A DNA stretch of 64,000 nt, taken from NCBI GenBank assembly GCA_039927695.1, contig JBDSUM010000007.1:11700-75699 (forward strand), in the 5' to 3' direction. The DNA is from Minisyncoccota bacterium (GTDB lineage Bacteria > Patescibacteriota > Minisyncoccia > Phycocordibacterales > Phycocordibacteraceae). Positions 47,567 to 57,810 of the stretch are shown here, piece after piece (positions within the stretch are counted from its first letter, which is position 1; every line of letters begins with the position of its first letter). The position numbers and the translations under genes are program-made. The notes under the pieces were generated by a model. The model searched no databases and was not told the origin of the DNA. It worked only from the letters and a program-made list of their open reading frames with translations.

Positions 47567-47923
47567 ATGCTTAAACATAATCTTTACGCAACAAGCGTCG
47601 CAAGAGTATATCCATACTATATTGCCAAGGCAGAGAGAAAGGGTCGCACAAAAGCTGAAGTCGATGAAATCATTCGATGGTTTACCGGATACACTCAGAA
47701 ACAATTTGAAGCCGAATTGAAAAAAGAGACTGACTTCCAGACTTTCTACACGAAGGCGCCAAAGATGAATCCTGCGCGCTCCCTCATTACCGGAATGATC
47801 TGTGGCATACGAGTGGAGGAAATCGAAGATCCCCTTATGAGGGAAATCCGCTATTTAGATAAGCTGATTGATGAATTAGGAAAAGGTAAGTCGATGGAAA
47901 AGATCAAGCGTGAAATAGCATAA
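47567..47923 (+). CDS. DUF2200-family protein
   Basis: [32 protein letters not shown]...[35 protein letters not shown]. Confidence 0.5.
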   Translation: MLKHNLYATSVARVYPYYIAKAERKGRTKAEVDEIIRWFTGYTQKQFEAELKKETDFQTFYTKAPKMNPARSLITGMICGIRVEEIEDPLMREIRYLDKLIDELGKGKSMEKIKREIA

Positions 47924-48014
47924 TTATTATTTGAGAGAAACTGATTTTATTGCCTTTTACTGAATTAAAAGTACTATCAATCCTGGCCCTGAACACCAAG
48001 GAAGGAACATTGAA

Positions 48015-49445
48015 ATGCTAAATCTATCGCTCCCTGGAAACCCTCGGTATCAGCCGAAGGATCTGCAATCGTGCTTCGGATACGACAACCTGTACAGGAC
48101 TGTCGCCGAAGTCGAAATCGCAACGATGAGGACATTGGCTGAAATCGGAGTCATTTCCGAAGCCGAAATTGCTACGCTAACGCCTGCAATCGAGCAGGAG
48201 CTTCTCGACATTACGACGACTGAAGTCGATGACGTGGAGCGTACCATAACCAAGCATGACATTCGTGCTTGGGTGCGTATCGCTCAAACCAAAGTGAATC
48301 CAGGGCTCAGGCGCTGGATTCACGTTCCACTCACGAGCTATGACGTGCTCGACACTGCTCGAACTCTACAATTCGTTCGTGGACATGAAGTGGTCAAGAA
48401 ACTCACCGATAAAGTGATCGGTCACTTCGTTGAGCAGGTCAACCTCTTCGGATCTCAACCACAAATCGGCCGAACTCATGGACAGCACGCATTGCCGATT
48501 ACCGTCGGATTCTGGTTCGCCACGATCCTCAGTCGTATCCTCACCAATATCCAAAGCGCTAACAACGCTGCAGAGAAATTGGTGGGGAAAATATCTGGAG
48601 CTGTCGGCGTATATAACGCTCAAGTCGGCCTCGGCATCACTGCTCTCTGCGGGGAAAAGACTTTCGAAGAGCGCGTGCTTGAAAAGCTCGGTCTCAAGCC
48701 GGCACTGATCAGCACACAGATTCTCCCGCCCGAACCGCTTGCTGACTATCTGTTTGCATGCGTGAAGCTCTCGTCATCGTTCGGTCAATTCGGACGTGAC
48801 GGCAGGCATCTTATGCGAACGGAAATTGCAGAGCTCGGCGAACCCTTTGAAAAGGGACAGGTCGGGTCATCGACCATGGCTCATAAGAGGAATCCGATTA
48901 ACTTTGAAAACCTCGAAGGAACGTGGATGAAGACTAAGGGCGAGCTTAGCAAGGTGCTCGATACCATGATTAGCGAGCATCAACGCGACTTGGTTGGAAG
49001 TTCGATTGCTCGGGATTTCCCGACTATCGTCGTAAACGTGGTCAGCCAGTTGAATACCTTGCTGCGAGAAGCAGGCGGGAAGCCGTTCATATCTCGCATC
49101 TCGGTCGATGAAGTTGCGCTCAAGCGCAACTTTGAAACTCAGGGCGATGCTATTCTTGCCGAACCGATTTACATTGCCCTGCAGATGGCTGGTTACAACG
49201 GTGATGCTCATGAATTGGTTAATCACGTGGCGATGCCGCACTCAAAGTTTCTCAACGTCTCGCTTCTAAAAGCTACGAAGTTTGCGCTCGAGAAAGAGCT
49301 CGATTATGAGCTGATGAACCAGATCTGGAGTGCTATTCCACCTGACACTCTTCTAATGTTGGAGAGCCCGGAAACGTACGTCGGTGCTGCCGGAGAGAAG
49401 GCGAGTGAAGTGGCAAAAGCCGCCGAAGCCTATCTCAATAGCTAG
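48015..49445 (+). CDS. purB: Adenylosuccinate lyase (fumarate lyase superfamily)
   Basis: IHVPLTSYDVLDTA, GKISGAVGVYNA and signature GSSTMAHKRNPINFE. Confidence 0.75.
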   Translation: MLNLSLPGNPRYQPKDLQSCFGYDNLYRTVAEVEIATMRTLAEIGVISEAEIATLTPAIEQELLDITTTEVDDVERTITKHDIRAWVRIAQTKVNPGLRRWIHVPLTSYDVLDTARTLQFVRGHEVVKKLTDKVIGHFVEQVNLFGSQPQIGRTHGQHALPITVGFWFATILSRILTNIQSANNAAEKLVGKISGAVGVYNAQVGLGITALCGEKTFEERVLEKLGLKPALISTQILPPEPLADYLFACVKLSSSFGQFGRDGRHLMRTEIAELGEPFEKGQVGSSTMAHKRNPINFENLEGTWMKTKGELSKVLDTMISEHQRDLVGSSIARDFPTIVVNVVSQLNTLLREAGGKPFISRISVDEVALKRNFETQGDAILAEPIYIALQMAGYNGDAHELVNHVAMPHSKFLNVSLLKATKFALEKELDYELMNQIWSAIPPDTLLMLESPETYVGAAGEKASEVAKAAEAYLNS

Positions 49446-49475
49446 CGACTTCGACCACGTTTTAAAATACGAGAC

Positions 49476-49506
49476 CTGTTCAGGAAACTGAACAGGTTTT
49501 TTATTT
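49476..49506 (+). terminator. Rho-independent terminator after purB
   Basis: cctgttcag-gaaa-ctgaacagg followed by ttttttattt. Confidence 0.85.
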
Positions 49507-49522
49507 GTGCACGTTAATGAGC

Positions 49523-50590
49523 TTACGTAATTAGTCTGCAGTATCGTCCGATTAGACGACCAAAGCGAGATTGGTTTTGGAACTCGCATGTAGAGAATGA
49601 TATTTGCTTGAGGTTTGCATTCCATTTCTTTATTACTTCTTGGACCTCTTTTATTAAGTCCGCGTCACGTGTAGTCATGTTAAGTTCGTGATTGAAAATA
49701 AGGCTCAATCCATCAAGATTAGTTGATCCAAAGGTCATCCAGACACCGTCAACAATAACTATCTTTGCATGAATCATGTGAGGCGCGTATTGCAATATCA
49801 AACCTTTCTTAAGGAATTTCTTCATATAACTTTCGCGCGCTAGATCTGCAATATGGTGATCAGTACGTTGAGGAGTAAGGAGTGTTATAGAGAGTCCTTC
49901 CGACAATCGACGATTAAGAACACGTCGTAGCTTTGTTGGTGGGGCAAAATAGGGTGTTACTAACATTACTGATTCTGATGCACGCATAATGGCATGACAT
50001 ATTTCCTCATAACAAAAGCGATTTCCAATTCCAGGAGCATTCCCGCTTATATGGTTGGATGCATCTATAGTGGTAAGCGGTGCTAAGAGAGAAGTTTTAT
50101 CCTCAAGGCGTAGTAACTGATTTCTAAATTCTTTATTCAAAACATCGGCAATGTCCTCGCTCTCGAAACGAACCATCAAGTCATCCCAATCTCGAAAGCG
50201 CTCACCGACAACTACACCACCTATCCAGCTAATACGGCGATCAACAAGTAGAAGCTTGCGATGATCCCTTAATAGAAGACGTGCAGGATTAATAACGTTA
50301 TAACCACCTAGATTCTTATAGTAGAAAATCTTTCCTCCAGCATCAGTAAAAAGATTATGGAGAGCGTTATTTTTAAAAAGCTCAAATGATCCCAGGGCAT
50401 CTACTATGCATCGCACCTCAACGCCTTGCTGCTGTTTGTGGATTAACGCATCAATAAAGCGTCGCCCGATGCCTCCATCGTCGAAATCTTCCATGATGTA
50501 CTGCTCCATGAGAATTGAACTTGTTGCACGTTCAATATCCTCGAGTTGCGCCTCCCAGACTTCGTGAACTTTATGAAATACGGAAAACAT
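49523..50590 (-). CDS. Phospholipase D / cardiolipin synthase-like protein (two HKD motifs, no TM)
   Basis: HKD 1 DHRKLLLVD...GG.N; HKD 2 HAKIVIVDGVWMTFGSTNLD. Confidence 0.8.
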   Translation of the reverse strand: MFSVFHKVHEVWEAQLEDIERATSSILMEQYIMEDFDDGGIGRRFIDALIHKQQQGVEVRCIVDALGSFELFKNNALHNLFTDAGGKIFYYKNLGGYNVINPARLLLRDHRKLLLVDRRISWIGGVVVGERFRDWDDLMVRFESEDIADVLNKEFRNQLLRLEDKTSLLAPLTTIDASNHISGNAPGIGNRFCYEEICHAIMRASESVMLVTPYFAPPTKLRRVLNRRLSEGLSITLLTPQRTDHHIADLARESYMKKFLKKGLILQYAPHMIHAKIVIVDGVWMTFGSTNLDGLSLIFNHELNMTTRDADLIKEVQEVIKKWNANLKQISFSTCEFQNQSRFGRLIGRYCRLIT

Positions 50591-50699
50591 ATCTAGTATT
50601 GATTAGTATACTCTTCATATGGAAACAGCATATTGCCATACAAAATCGTCGATAGAAGGAACATACGTGACTCCTGCGTTTCCGTGTTTTAATTAACAC

Positions 50700-51824
50700 A
50701 TGCAGACGCCTCGATATGAATACAATCGATCAAGACTCAATGAGCGATTGGAGGAACTGAAATCGCTCTCGACACCTTTTGGATTGACTGTGCGGTATGC
50801 ACTAAAAGCCAACCCTCACCCAGAGATCATTTCACTAGTGAGTGGGGCGGGGATTAGTTTCGATGCAAGTTCGAGCTACGAAGCCGCAGAGTTATTGGCG
50901 CAAGGAATTCCTGGCGATCGAATATCGCTTTCTTCACAACAGTCAGCACATAACCTCCCGGAACTACTTTCTGGAGGTGTGTTGTATATTGCAGCATCGC
51001 TTAATCAGTTACGCCAATTCTTAGCAGTTTCTGGAAAGCCACCAACGGTGGGTCTTCGCGTCAATCCGGACATGGGATACGGGCACAATAATCGCACAAG
51101 CACGGGTGGTCCGAATTCAAGCTTTGGTATCTGGCACGAATACTTACCGGAAGCGTTGGAGCTTGCCAAGGCGAGTGGTGTGATCGTCGACCGCCTTCAT
51201 ATTCATGTGGGCTCTGGGGCAGACCCAAGCGTGTGGGGGAAGGTAATGGAACGAGCGCTAACTATTGTTGAATTAATGCCGGACGTATTGTCACTCAATA
51301 TTGGTGGCGGATACAAAGTGCATCGCTATGGAGACGAAAAAGAATCTAGCCTGACTGATATCGTTGCAGAGTTCTCACGACATCTAATTTCTTTCAATGA
51401 ACGTACCGGTAGAAAGATACACCTTGAACTTGAGCCAGGAACATATTTGATTGCACATGCAGGTACACTCGTTGCTTCTGTAGATGACATTATTGATACT
51501 GGTTCAGCTGGTTATACATTTCTTAAGCTCAATACAGGAATGAATGATTTTCTTCGCAGCACACTCTATGGTGCGCAACATGAGATAGAGGTAGTGAATG
51601 ACGAAACAGAGACAGCTGACTATGTCGTCGTCGGTCACAACTGTGAATCGGGCGATTTGCTAACACCAGTCAATGGTAATCCAGAAGAAATCGAGCCTCG
51701 TACTCTAAAGAAGGCACATATAGGTGATGAGGTACGCATCAAAGATGCTGGCGCATACTGCGCCAGCATGCGAGCAAAAGGTTACAACTCCTTCCCAGAG
51801 GCGGTTGAGATTTTTGTGGATTAA
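50700..51824 (+). CDS. PLP-dependent Orn/DAP/Arg decarboxylase family 2 enzyme (diaminopimelate decarboxylase-like)
   Basis: YALKAN PLP-lysine motif; NIGGGY; EPGTYL; GHNCESGD active-site Cys. Confidence 0.8.
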   Translation: MQTPRYEYNRSRLNERLEELKSLSTPFGLTVRYALKANPHPEIISLVSGAGISFDASSSYEAAELLAQGIPGDRISLSSQQSAHNLPELLSGGVLYIAASLNQLRQFLAVSGKPPTVGLRVNPDMGYGHNNRTSTGGPNSSFGIWHEYLPEALELAKASGVIVDRLHIHVGSGADPSVWGKVMERALTIVELMPDVLSLNIGGGYKVHRYGDEKESSLTDIVAEFSRHLISFNERTGRKIHLELEPGTYLIAHAGTLVASVDDIIDTGSAGYTFLKLNTGMNDFLRSTLYGAQHEIEVVNDETETADYVVVGHNCESGDLLTPVNGNPEEIEPRTLKKAHIGDEVRIKDAGAYCASMRAKGYNSFPEAVEIFVD

Positions 51825-51879
51825 TCGAATCTGATTCGCGTAAGATTGTGTTGGTTGCCAATACGCTATACTTCAGATA

Positions 51880-52587
51880 ATGGACTTACTACGAGGCGAT
51901 ACTGACTTGGAAGCCTTGAACAAAGAGCTTAATGACCCAGGAGCCCTTGTTGAATACATGAGACCCTATGACAAGTATGCGGTCTCGATGCTTCCGTATC
52001 TGTTGGGAGGATTTCTCGTATGGTCGGGAAATCTTGTATATGGACGTGAACCTTCATATCTAAAATTTCGGGCAGTGGAAGTAATAGCGCGCGTGCCATA
52101 CCACTCGTGGGCATCGGCTGCGTATACGCTTCTAACGCTCTGTTATACAAATGAGAAAAAATCATTGCAGCTTTCAAATATTTCAAAATATGCGAGTCAT
52201 GCGCAAGATAACGAAACCATGCACGTCATTGTTGTTTCTCAGTTAGCGAGAGCAGAGGAGCGAGCGGGATTGTTGCGCCATACGCTCATTCCGATGATAT
52301 TCGCATTCTTCTATTTCTGGTGGTCGTACGTCTTATATCTGATTAACCCTCGGTATTCGTATGAACTAAACTATTTATTTGAGAGTCATGCATTTCAGCA
52401 GTACGATCGATTTCTTGAAACGCGAGGAGAAGAGTTGAAAAAGAAAAGTGCCGAGTGTGAATTTCTTACCTGGTATGGGCGTTATCCACGGAATCAATAT
52501 GAATTATTCCTATCCATACGTAACGATGAAATTATTCATCGCAATACCTCAATCAAAGAAATTGAAGTATGCCGTGCATCTGCATAG
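51880..52587 (+). CDS. Alternative oxidase (AOX/PTOX-like di-iron carboxylate protein)
   Basis: Four iron-ligand motifs in order: VEVIARVPYH, NETMHV (NERMHL-like), FESHAFQQY (E..H), RNDEIIHRN (RADE..H). Confidence 0.6.
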   Translation: MDLLRGDTDLEALNKELNDPGALVEYMRPYDKYAVSMLPYLLGGFLVWSGNLVYGREPSYLKFRAVEVIARVPYHSWASAAYTLLTLCYTNEKKSLQLSNISKYASHAQDNETMHVIVVSQLARAEERAGLLRHTLIPMIFAFFYFWWSYVLYLINPRYSYELNYLFESHAFQQYDRFLETRGEELKKKSAECEFLTWYGRYPRNQYELFLSIRNDEIIHRNTSIKEIEVCRASA

Positions 52588-52719
52588 ATACGACTCTTCC
52601 GCCATTCACTTTGTTACCGTGATGGCAGATTGTATTCACTATTCCTTCATGAAAGGATAGATATTTGCAACCTTTTATCCACAGGGGTCTATCGTGCTTT
52701 CTTTGCTATAGTTTTGGTA

Positions 52720-55700
52720 ATGAAGCAATCTCGGGGTGCAGGCGTTCTTGTAGCAACGTTATTTCTTGCGATCATTCTCTTGATGCCATCGCCCTCGTTT
52801 GCCGCATCTTTCACACAAAATCTTTCACTAGGGTCCACAGGAGCACAAGTTCTTCAATTGCAGGAGATTCTTACCACTCTCGGTTTCTATACCGGTCCTC
52901 AAACAGGATATTTTGGTCAACTCACAAAAATAGCTGTTACTGAATTCCAAAAGGCATACGGTCTTCCTCAGGTAGGACAAGTGGGGCCTCAAACACGCGC
53001 AACGCTTAATGGACAGGGGGGTGGTGTCGCCGTGCCAACGACGCCTTCCACATCTTCAAACTTAGCGCTTATCATTACGCGTCAGCTTTCACTTGGTGCT
53101 ACTGGCGCTGACGTGTCAGCGCTCCAGCAGTTCCTTAAAAATCTCGGCTTCTATACGTTCCCAACTATTACTGGCTATTTTGGTCCGGTGACCGCACAAG
53201 CTGTCTCCGCTTTCCAGTCTGCACATGGTCTTGCACCTGTAGGTGAAGTTGGTCCTCTGACGCGTGCAATTATTGCCGCGATGAGTTCTTCTGCTTCCAC
53301 AGGTACTTCAGGCAGCTCTAATACTACAACCACCACAACGACCACTAGCACCAGTGGCAGTTCTAGTTCTAGCGATGGTGGGGGAGGAGGTCACTACGGC
53401 CCTTCGACGTCTGCTCAAACAGATACAACTCCACCCGTTGTATCTTCTGTTGCTTCTTCAACAGCACAGACAACTGCTGCAATTACTTGGACAACTGATG
53501 AAAGTGCAACGTCTCAGGTTGAGTACGGTACCACCACTTCATATGGCTCTCTCACCACACTCGATTCTGCGCTCGTAACCTCCCACAATGTAAATATCAC
53601 CGGGCTCTCTGCAGCAACGGATTACCACTACCGTGTTCGTTCGGCTGATTCAACGGGAAATACGACAACAGATAGCGACCACATTTTTACTACAACCGCA
53701 GTACCTGATACCACACCACCTGCTCGTTCTGCAGGTGCTCCTTCTGGCATTCTCGCTCTCAATACCACTACCACCACAATCTCTCTCACCACGAATGAGG
53801 CAGCGACTTGTAAATACTCTACGAACTCAGGAGTTACATATGCTTTGATGCCGTCTACGTTTAGTACTACTGGAGGGACGTCCCACTCACAAAATATTAC
53901 GGGTCTCACAAACGGTACACCCTACGTCTATTACGTAAAATGTCAGGATCTTTCTACGAATGCCAATGTGAATGACTACGCTATATCTTTCTCTGTTGCC
54001 GCTGATTCCACAGTGCCCGTTGTTTCTATAACTGCTCCGATTAATAATGATGTCGTTACGGGAAATTCAGTCTCTCTCACCGCAACTTCAACCGATGACG
54101 TATCTGTGTCAGGCGTGCAATTCTTGCTCGATGGCTCAAATCTTGGATCGGAAGACACCTCTTCTCCGTATGCTATTACTTGGGACACTACCGGAAGCGT
54201 AGATGGTACTCACGCACTCAGTGCCACGGCCCGCGATGGAGCAGGGAATGTCGGTACTTCAACTATCGTCTCAGTGCGGGTCGACAATACAGCACCGGTT
54301 GTCTCGAGCACGACGGCAACAGGCATAACGACAACAGGTGCAAATATCACCTGGACGACTAATGAAAGTGCAACATCTCAAGTCATATACGGTGCTACCA
54401 CGTCATATGGCGCAACAACCACCCTCGCTGACACAAGTCCACGCGTGACGAGTCATACTGTTTCGCTTTCCGGGCTTACATCTTCAACCCTGTACCACTA
54501 TCGTGTTCTTTCGACAGACAGTACCAACCACACAACCGTGGGAAGCGACAATACGTTCACAACCTCCGCAGTTGTAGCTGCTCCTGCGGTCACTACATCG
54601 GCTGCTTCAAGCATTACTACTACCAGCGCGATTTTGAATGGAAACATTACCAATACTAACAACGCGTCCTCAACAGCTCGTGGTTTTGTATATGGTCTCA
54701 CCACGTCCTACACGGCAACTACTACCGAAGCAGGTACCTTTGGCACTGGAACATTCGCAACCACTACTTCAGGTCTCACACCTTCCACTCTGTATCACTT
54801 CAGTGCATATGCGACGAACTCTGCGGGCACTGGATTTGGTTCAGATCAGACATTTACCACGAGTGCGCTCGCTGCTCCCGTTATTTCTGCCATAGCTTCT
54901 TCAACTTCAGCGACTACCGCAACCATTACCTGGACCACTGATCAGAATGCTTCGTCGACTGTGAACTACGGCACAACCTCTGCGTATGGCACAGCGTCTA
55001 CTTCAGCGAGTTTGGTCACGAGTCACTCTATTAGTCTTACCGGTCTCGCTGCCTCTACGACGTATCACTTCCAAGTGGGAGGAGCAAACTCAGCGGGCAC
55101 GGTCTCTACCTCAAGTGATAAGACATTCACTACAACGGTGGCTCCTGATGTTACGCCTCCCGTTATTTCAGCTATTTCTTCAGGAACGCCGGACTTCACG
55201 ATAGCAACCACAACCTGGACGACTAACGAGCTTTCGACATCGCAGCTGGTGTATGGAACAACGACAGCGTATGGCGCAACCACGACTCTCGACAGCACGC
55301 TTGTTACCAGTCACTCGGTGATACTCACCGGCCTCACTGCTTCTACGACGTACCACTTCATGATCCGTTCTAGTGACGCTGCAGCAAACCTCGCGACATC
55401 GAGTGATCAAACCTTTGATACTGCAAGCAGTACGAGCATAGCGGGTCTCTATAACTACAATGCAGCGTATCTCGCAAACTGGCGTACCGCGCGAAATGCT
55501 GCCAAAGCAGGTACCGCAGACGCACTCGTGTCATACGCTCCTGGTGACAGTACTACGGCTGGTACAGGAACGGTCAAATCTACTAACGTGGTAAACGATA
55601 CAGCGAATAAGCTGTTGGCGCTTGGTTTCCCAGCTTCTAACGAAGGCTTCTACGGTTCCCATGGATCGGTATCTCCTTCATCACTTGATCCAAACTTGGT

Positions 55701-56511
55701 AATTGGTTCTGGATGGAATTTCATTACCTCACAGTTAACCTATAGCGGTAGATTGTTCAGTCAGGACACTGCAACGGCGACAACTACGCTTAAGTACACT
55801 CCGTACACAACAGTAGATACGTGGGACATCTACTACCTCCTTAGCGCAGGCGCAGGAACATTCACGGTAAGCACAAACGGTGGGGCAGTCGTTGCAACCA
55901 CAAGTGAAGCAAATGGTTCGACCGTAATGGCAAAGATGACTGTTACCGTTCCATCGGGTACTCAGCAGTTGGTGATTACTCCTATATCGGGAACCGGTAT
56001 TGTCTATATTCAGGGTGCCGTTGGGCGAGTCGCTGCAACAAAGCAAATTACGTTCATAAACGGAGGTATAGGAGGTGCAACCGGTGCTACCTGGTCTACA
56101 AACACAAGTGCATATACGGCACGTCCGCAACTCCGCTACCTGGCTCCGAAGCTAACGATCATTAACCTTACGATTAATGACTGGAACGCAACCACAAGTA
56201 CCTCAACGTACACTACCCAGATTCAAAACCTCATTAATGATGGAAAGATCTCAGGAGATGTTCTATTGATGAGCGGTAACCCATCTAACCCATCTGGTTA
56301 TGCAAGCGTTTCGCAGCAACAAACCTATATCGATATAATCAAATCCCTAGCAGTATCGAATAACTGCGCCATGATTGATCTTACAAGCCGATGGGGATCG
56401 TATGCGGTAAAGTCTGCACTGACACCGTCCTGGTATTTTGACAGCCTTCATCCGAGTGCCACTGGCTACAATGATATTGCAACAGCCGTAGCGGGAGTGC
56501 TTGCTCTGTAG
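52720..56511 (+). CDS. Large secreted multidomain protein: signal peptide, 2x peptidoglycan-binding domain, S/T-rich linker, ~6 Fn3/PKD-like repeats, Ig-like domain, C-terminal SGNH/GDSL hydrolase
   Basis: Signal peptide MKQSRGAGVLVATLFLAIILLMPSPSFA; PG_binding_1 repeats (LSLGSTGAQVLQLQEILTTLGFYTG; LSLGATGADVSALQQFLKNLGFYTF); repeated ...TW.T.E..TSQV.YGTT..YG......LVTSH...LTGL...T.YH.R.. units; C-terminal GDS (YAPGDSTTAG), GGIGG, NDW and DSLHPS blocks. Confidence 0.75.
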   Translation: MKQSRGAGVLVATLFLAIILLMPSPSFAASFTQNLSLGSTGAQVLQLQEILTTLGFYTGPQTGYFGQLTKIAVTEFQKAYGLPQVGQVGPQTRATLNGQGGGVAVPTTPSTSSNLALIITRQLSLGATGADVSALQQFLKNLGFYTFPTITGYFGPVTAQAVSAFQSAHGLAPVGEVGPLTRAIIAAMSSSASTGTSGSSNTTTTTTTTSTSGSSSSSDGGGGGHYGPSTSAQTDTTPPVVSSVASSTAQTTAAITWTTDESATSQVEYGTTTSYGSLTTLDSALVTSHNVNITGLSAATDYHYRVRSADSTGNTTTDSDHIFTTTAVPDTTPPARSAGAPSGILALNTTTTTISLTTNEAATCKYSTNSGVTYALMPSTFSTTGGTSHSQNITGLTNGTPYVYYVKCQDLSTNANVNDYAISFSVAADSTVPVVSITAPINNDVVTGNSVSLTATSTDDVSVSGVQFLLDGSNLGSEDTSSPYAITWDTTGSVDGTHALSATARDGAGNVGTSTIVSVRVDNTAPVVSSTTATGITTTGANITWTTNESATSQVIYGATTSYGATTTLADTSPRVTSHTVSLSGLTSSTLYHYRVLSTDSTNHTTVGSDNTFTTSAVVAAPAVTTSAASSITTTSAILNGNITNTNNASSTARGFVYGLTTSYTATTTEAGTFGTGTFATTTSGLTPSTLYHFSAYATNSAGTGFGSDQTFTTSALAAPVISAIASSTSATTATITWTTDQNASSTVNYGTTSAYGTASTSASLVTSHSISLTGLAASTTYHFQVGGANSAGTVSTSSDKTFTTTVAPDVTPPVISAISSGTPDFTIATTTWTTNELSTSQLVYGTTTAYGATTTLDSTLVTSHSVILTGLTASTTYHFMIRSSDAAANLATSSDQTFDTASSTSIAGLYNYNAAYLANWRTARNAAKAGTADALVSYAPGDSTTAGTGTVKSTNVVNDTANKLLALGFPASNEGFYGSHGSVSPSSLDPNLVIGSGWNFITSQLTYSGRLFSQDTATATTTLKYTPYTTVDTWDIYYLLSAGAGTFTVSTNGGAVVATTSEANGSTVMAKMTVTVPSGTQQLVITPISGTGIVYIQGAVGRVAATKQITFINGGIGGATGATWSTNTSAYTARPQLRYLAPKLTIINLTINDWNATTSTSTYTTQIQNLINDGKISGDVLLMSGNPSNPSGYASVSQQQTYIDIIKSLAVSNNCAMIDLTSRWGSYAVKSALTPSWYFDSLHPSATGYNDIATAVAGVLAL

Positions 56512-56529
56512 GTATATCCTCATCTTCGT

Positions 56530-57135
56530 TTGATGGAATTTGTAACGCATTTTCATATATTCCTTACTTTACTTTTTAGCCTGATTTGGGTTGGCATTAC
56601 CGCATATCTTCGGCTGAAGAAAAAGAAGAGTTACGTATACCTCCTATTCTTCACACTATTCTATGTGTATCTCTTTAAGGTTCTGGATTACACCTTATTC
56701 CAATATCAATCACTGCTTTTCCTAAAGCATTTTATGCCAAACCTTATTCTGCGAGGACAAGAAGCAGGGAAGGCTTTAAATCTCATTCCTCTCGCTACCC
56801 TCACTCTCGCAGATCTCAAAACATCACTTTTAAATATTCTGTTACTTGTTCCTTTTGGGTTCGGATTGCCATTCATTATGGATTCCCGTATGAAGAAAGT
56901 AATTATCATTGGAGCTCTCTTTAGTATCGGCATCGAACTCCTGCAGCTGATAACCGGAATCATGGGAAAGATGACATTCCGAGTCGCTGACATCAATGAT
57001 GTGATATTTAATATTGTTGGCGCCGTCGTTGGCTATGCTCTATTCCTTGTATTCATGTATTTGTTTCACCGCATATTTCCGAATGGGAAGGCAATAACGA
57101 ATCCAATCTTGCGATATATTGCTGAACGAGGGTAG
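56530..57135 (+). CDS. VanZ-like family membrane protein
   Basis: 4 TM helices plus VanZ-like LLVPFGFGLPF segment. Confidence 0.55.
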   Translation: MMEFVTHFHIFLTLLFSLIWVGITAYLRLKKKKSYVYLLFFTLFYVYLFKVLDYTLFQYQSLLFLKHFMPNLILRGQEAGKALNLIPLATLTLADLKTSLLNILLLVPFGFGLPFIMDSRMKKVIIIGALFSIGIELLQLITGIMGKMTFRVADINDVIFNIVGAVVGYALFLVFMYLFHRIFPNGKAITNPILRYIAERG

Positions 57136-57159
57136 ATGACCTTGTGATAGTATTTCTAC

Positions 57160-57804
57160 ATGAAGAAGCTCTATTTCGTTCGACACGCCGAGAGCGAAGG
57201 GAATATAAGTGCAGTTCAGCAAGGCCCAGATACGCCGTTGTCAGAGCAAGGTTTTGAGCAAGCTATGCGTATTGCTGAGCGGTTTAGGGATATTGGAATC
57301 GACCGCGTAATCTCAAGTCCACAGACACGAGCAAAATATACTGCAGAGGCAATCTCTAGCGTTATAAAGATAGAAAAAGATATCGAATATTCAGAATTAC
57401 TCATAGAGAGAAAGAGACCATCAGTAGTCATAGGAATGAACAGAAACAGCTCAGAGTTTGCTGCAATTGAAGACTTGATACGGGATAATTTTCACACACT
57501 TGAATGGAAGCATTCTGATGAAGAAAATTTCCTCGATCTAAAAGCTCGAGCGGCAAAACTTCTCGAGTACTCAGAATCTTTAGAGGAAGAAAATATTCTT
57601 ATGGTTTCGCACGGTGTTTTCATTACTATGGTGACTGCGTATTCTATTTTTGGTGAAGCCTTAACTTCACAAGAATACTGGACACTATTTGCAGGCACCG
57701 AACATAGTAATACTGGTATAACAGTAATAAAACAGTCAAAGTTTAAGAATGATCCAATTCGATGGAAGCTTCTTACCTGGAACGATCATGCTCATCTCGG
57801 ATAA
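57160..57804 (+). CDS. Histidine phosphatase (phosphoglycerate mutase family) protein
   Basis: N-terminal LYFVRHAESEGN (RHG catalytic motif); later HG. Confidence 0.75.
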   Translation: MKKLYFVRHAESEGNISAVQQGPDTPLSEQGFEQAMRIAERFRDIGIDRVISSPQTRAKYTAEAISSVIKIEKDIEYSELLIERKRPSVVIGMNRNSSEFAAIEDLIRDNFHTLEWKHSDEENFLDLKARAAKLLEYSESLEEENILMVSHGVFITMVTAYSIFGEALTSQEYWTLFAGTEHSNTGITVIKQSKFKNDPIRWKLLTWNDHAHLG

Positions 57805-57810
57805 CTTTTT

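Noticed and set aside
53354-56130. Numerous 60-130-aa ORFs on both strands inside the large secreted protein gene (for example 53628-53909, 55065-55298, 55735-56130)
   Set aside because: They are artefacts of higher GC and repetitive Thr/Ser codons. The long + frame has a coherent domain architecture.
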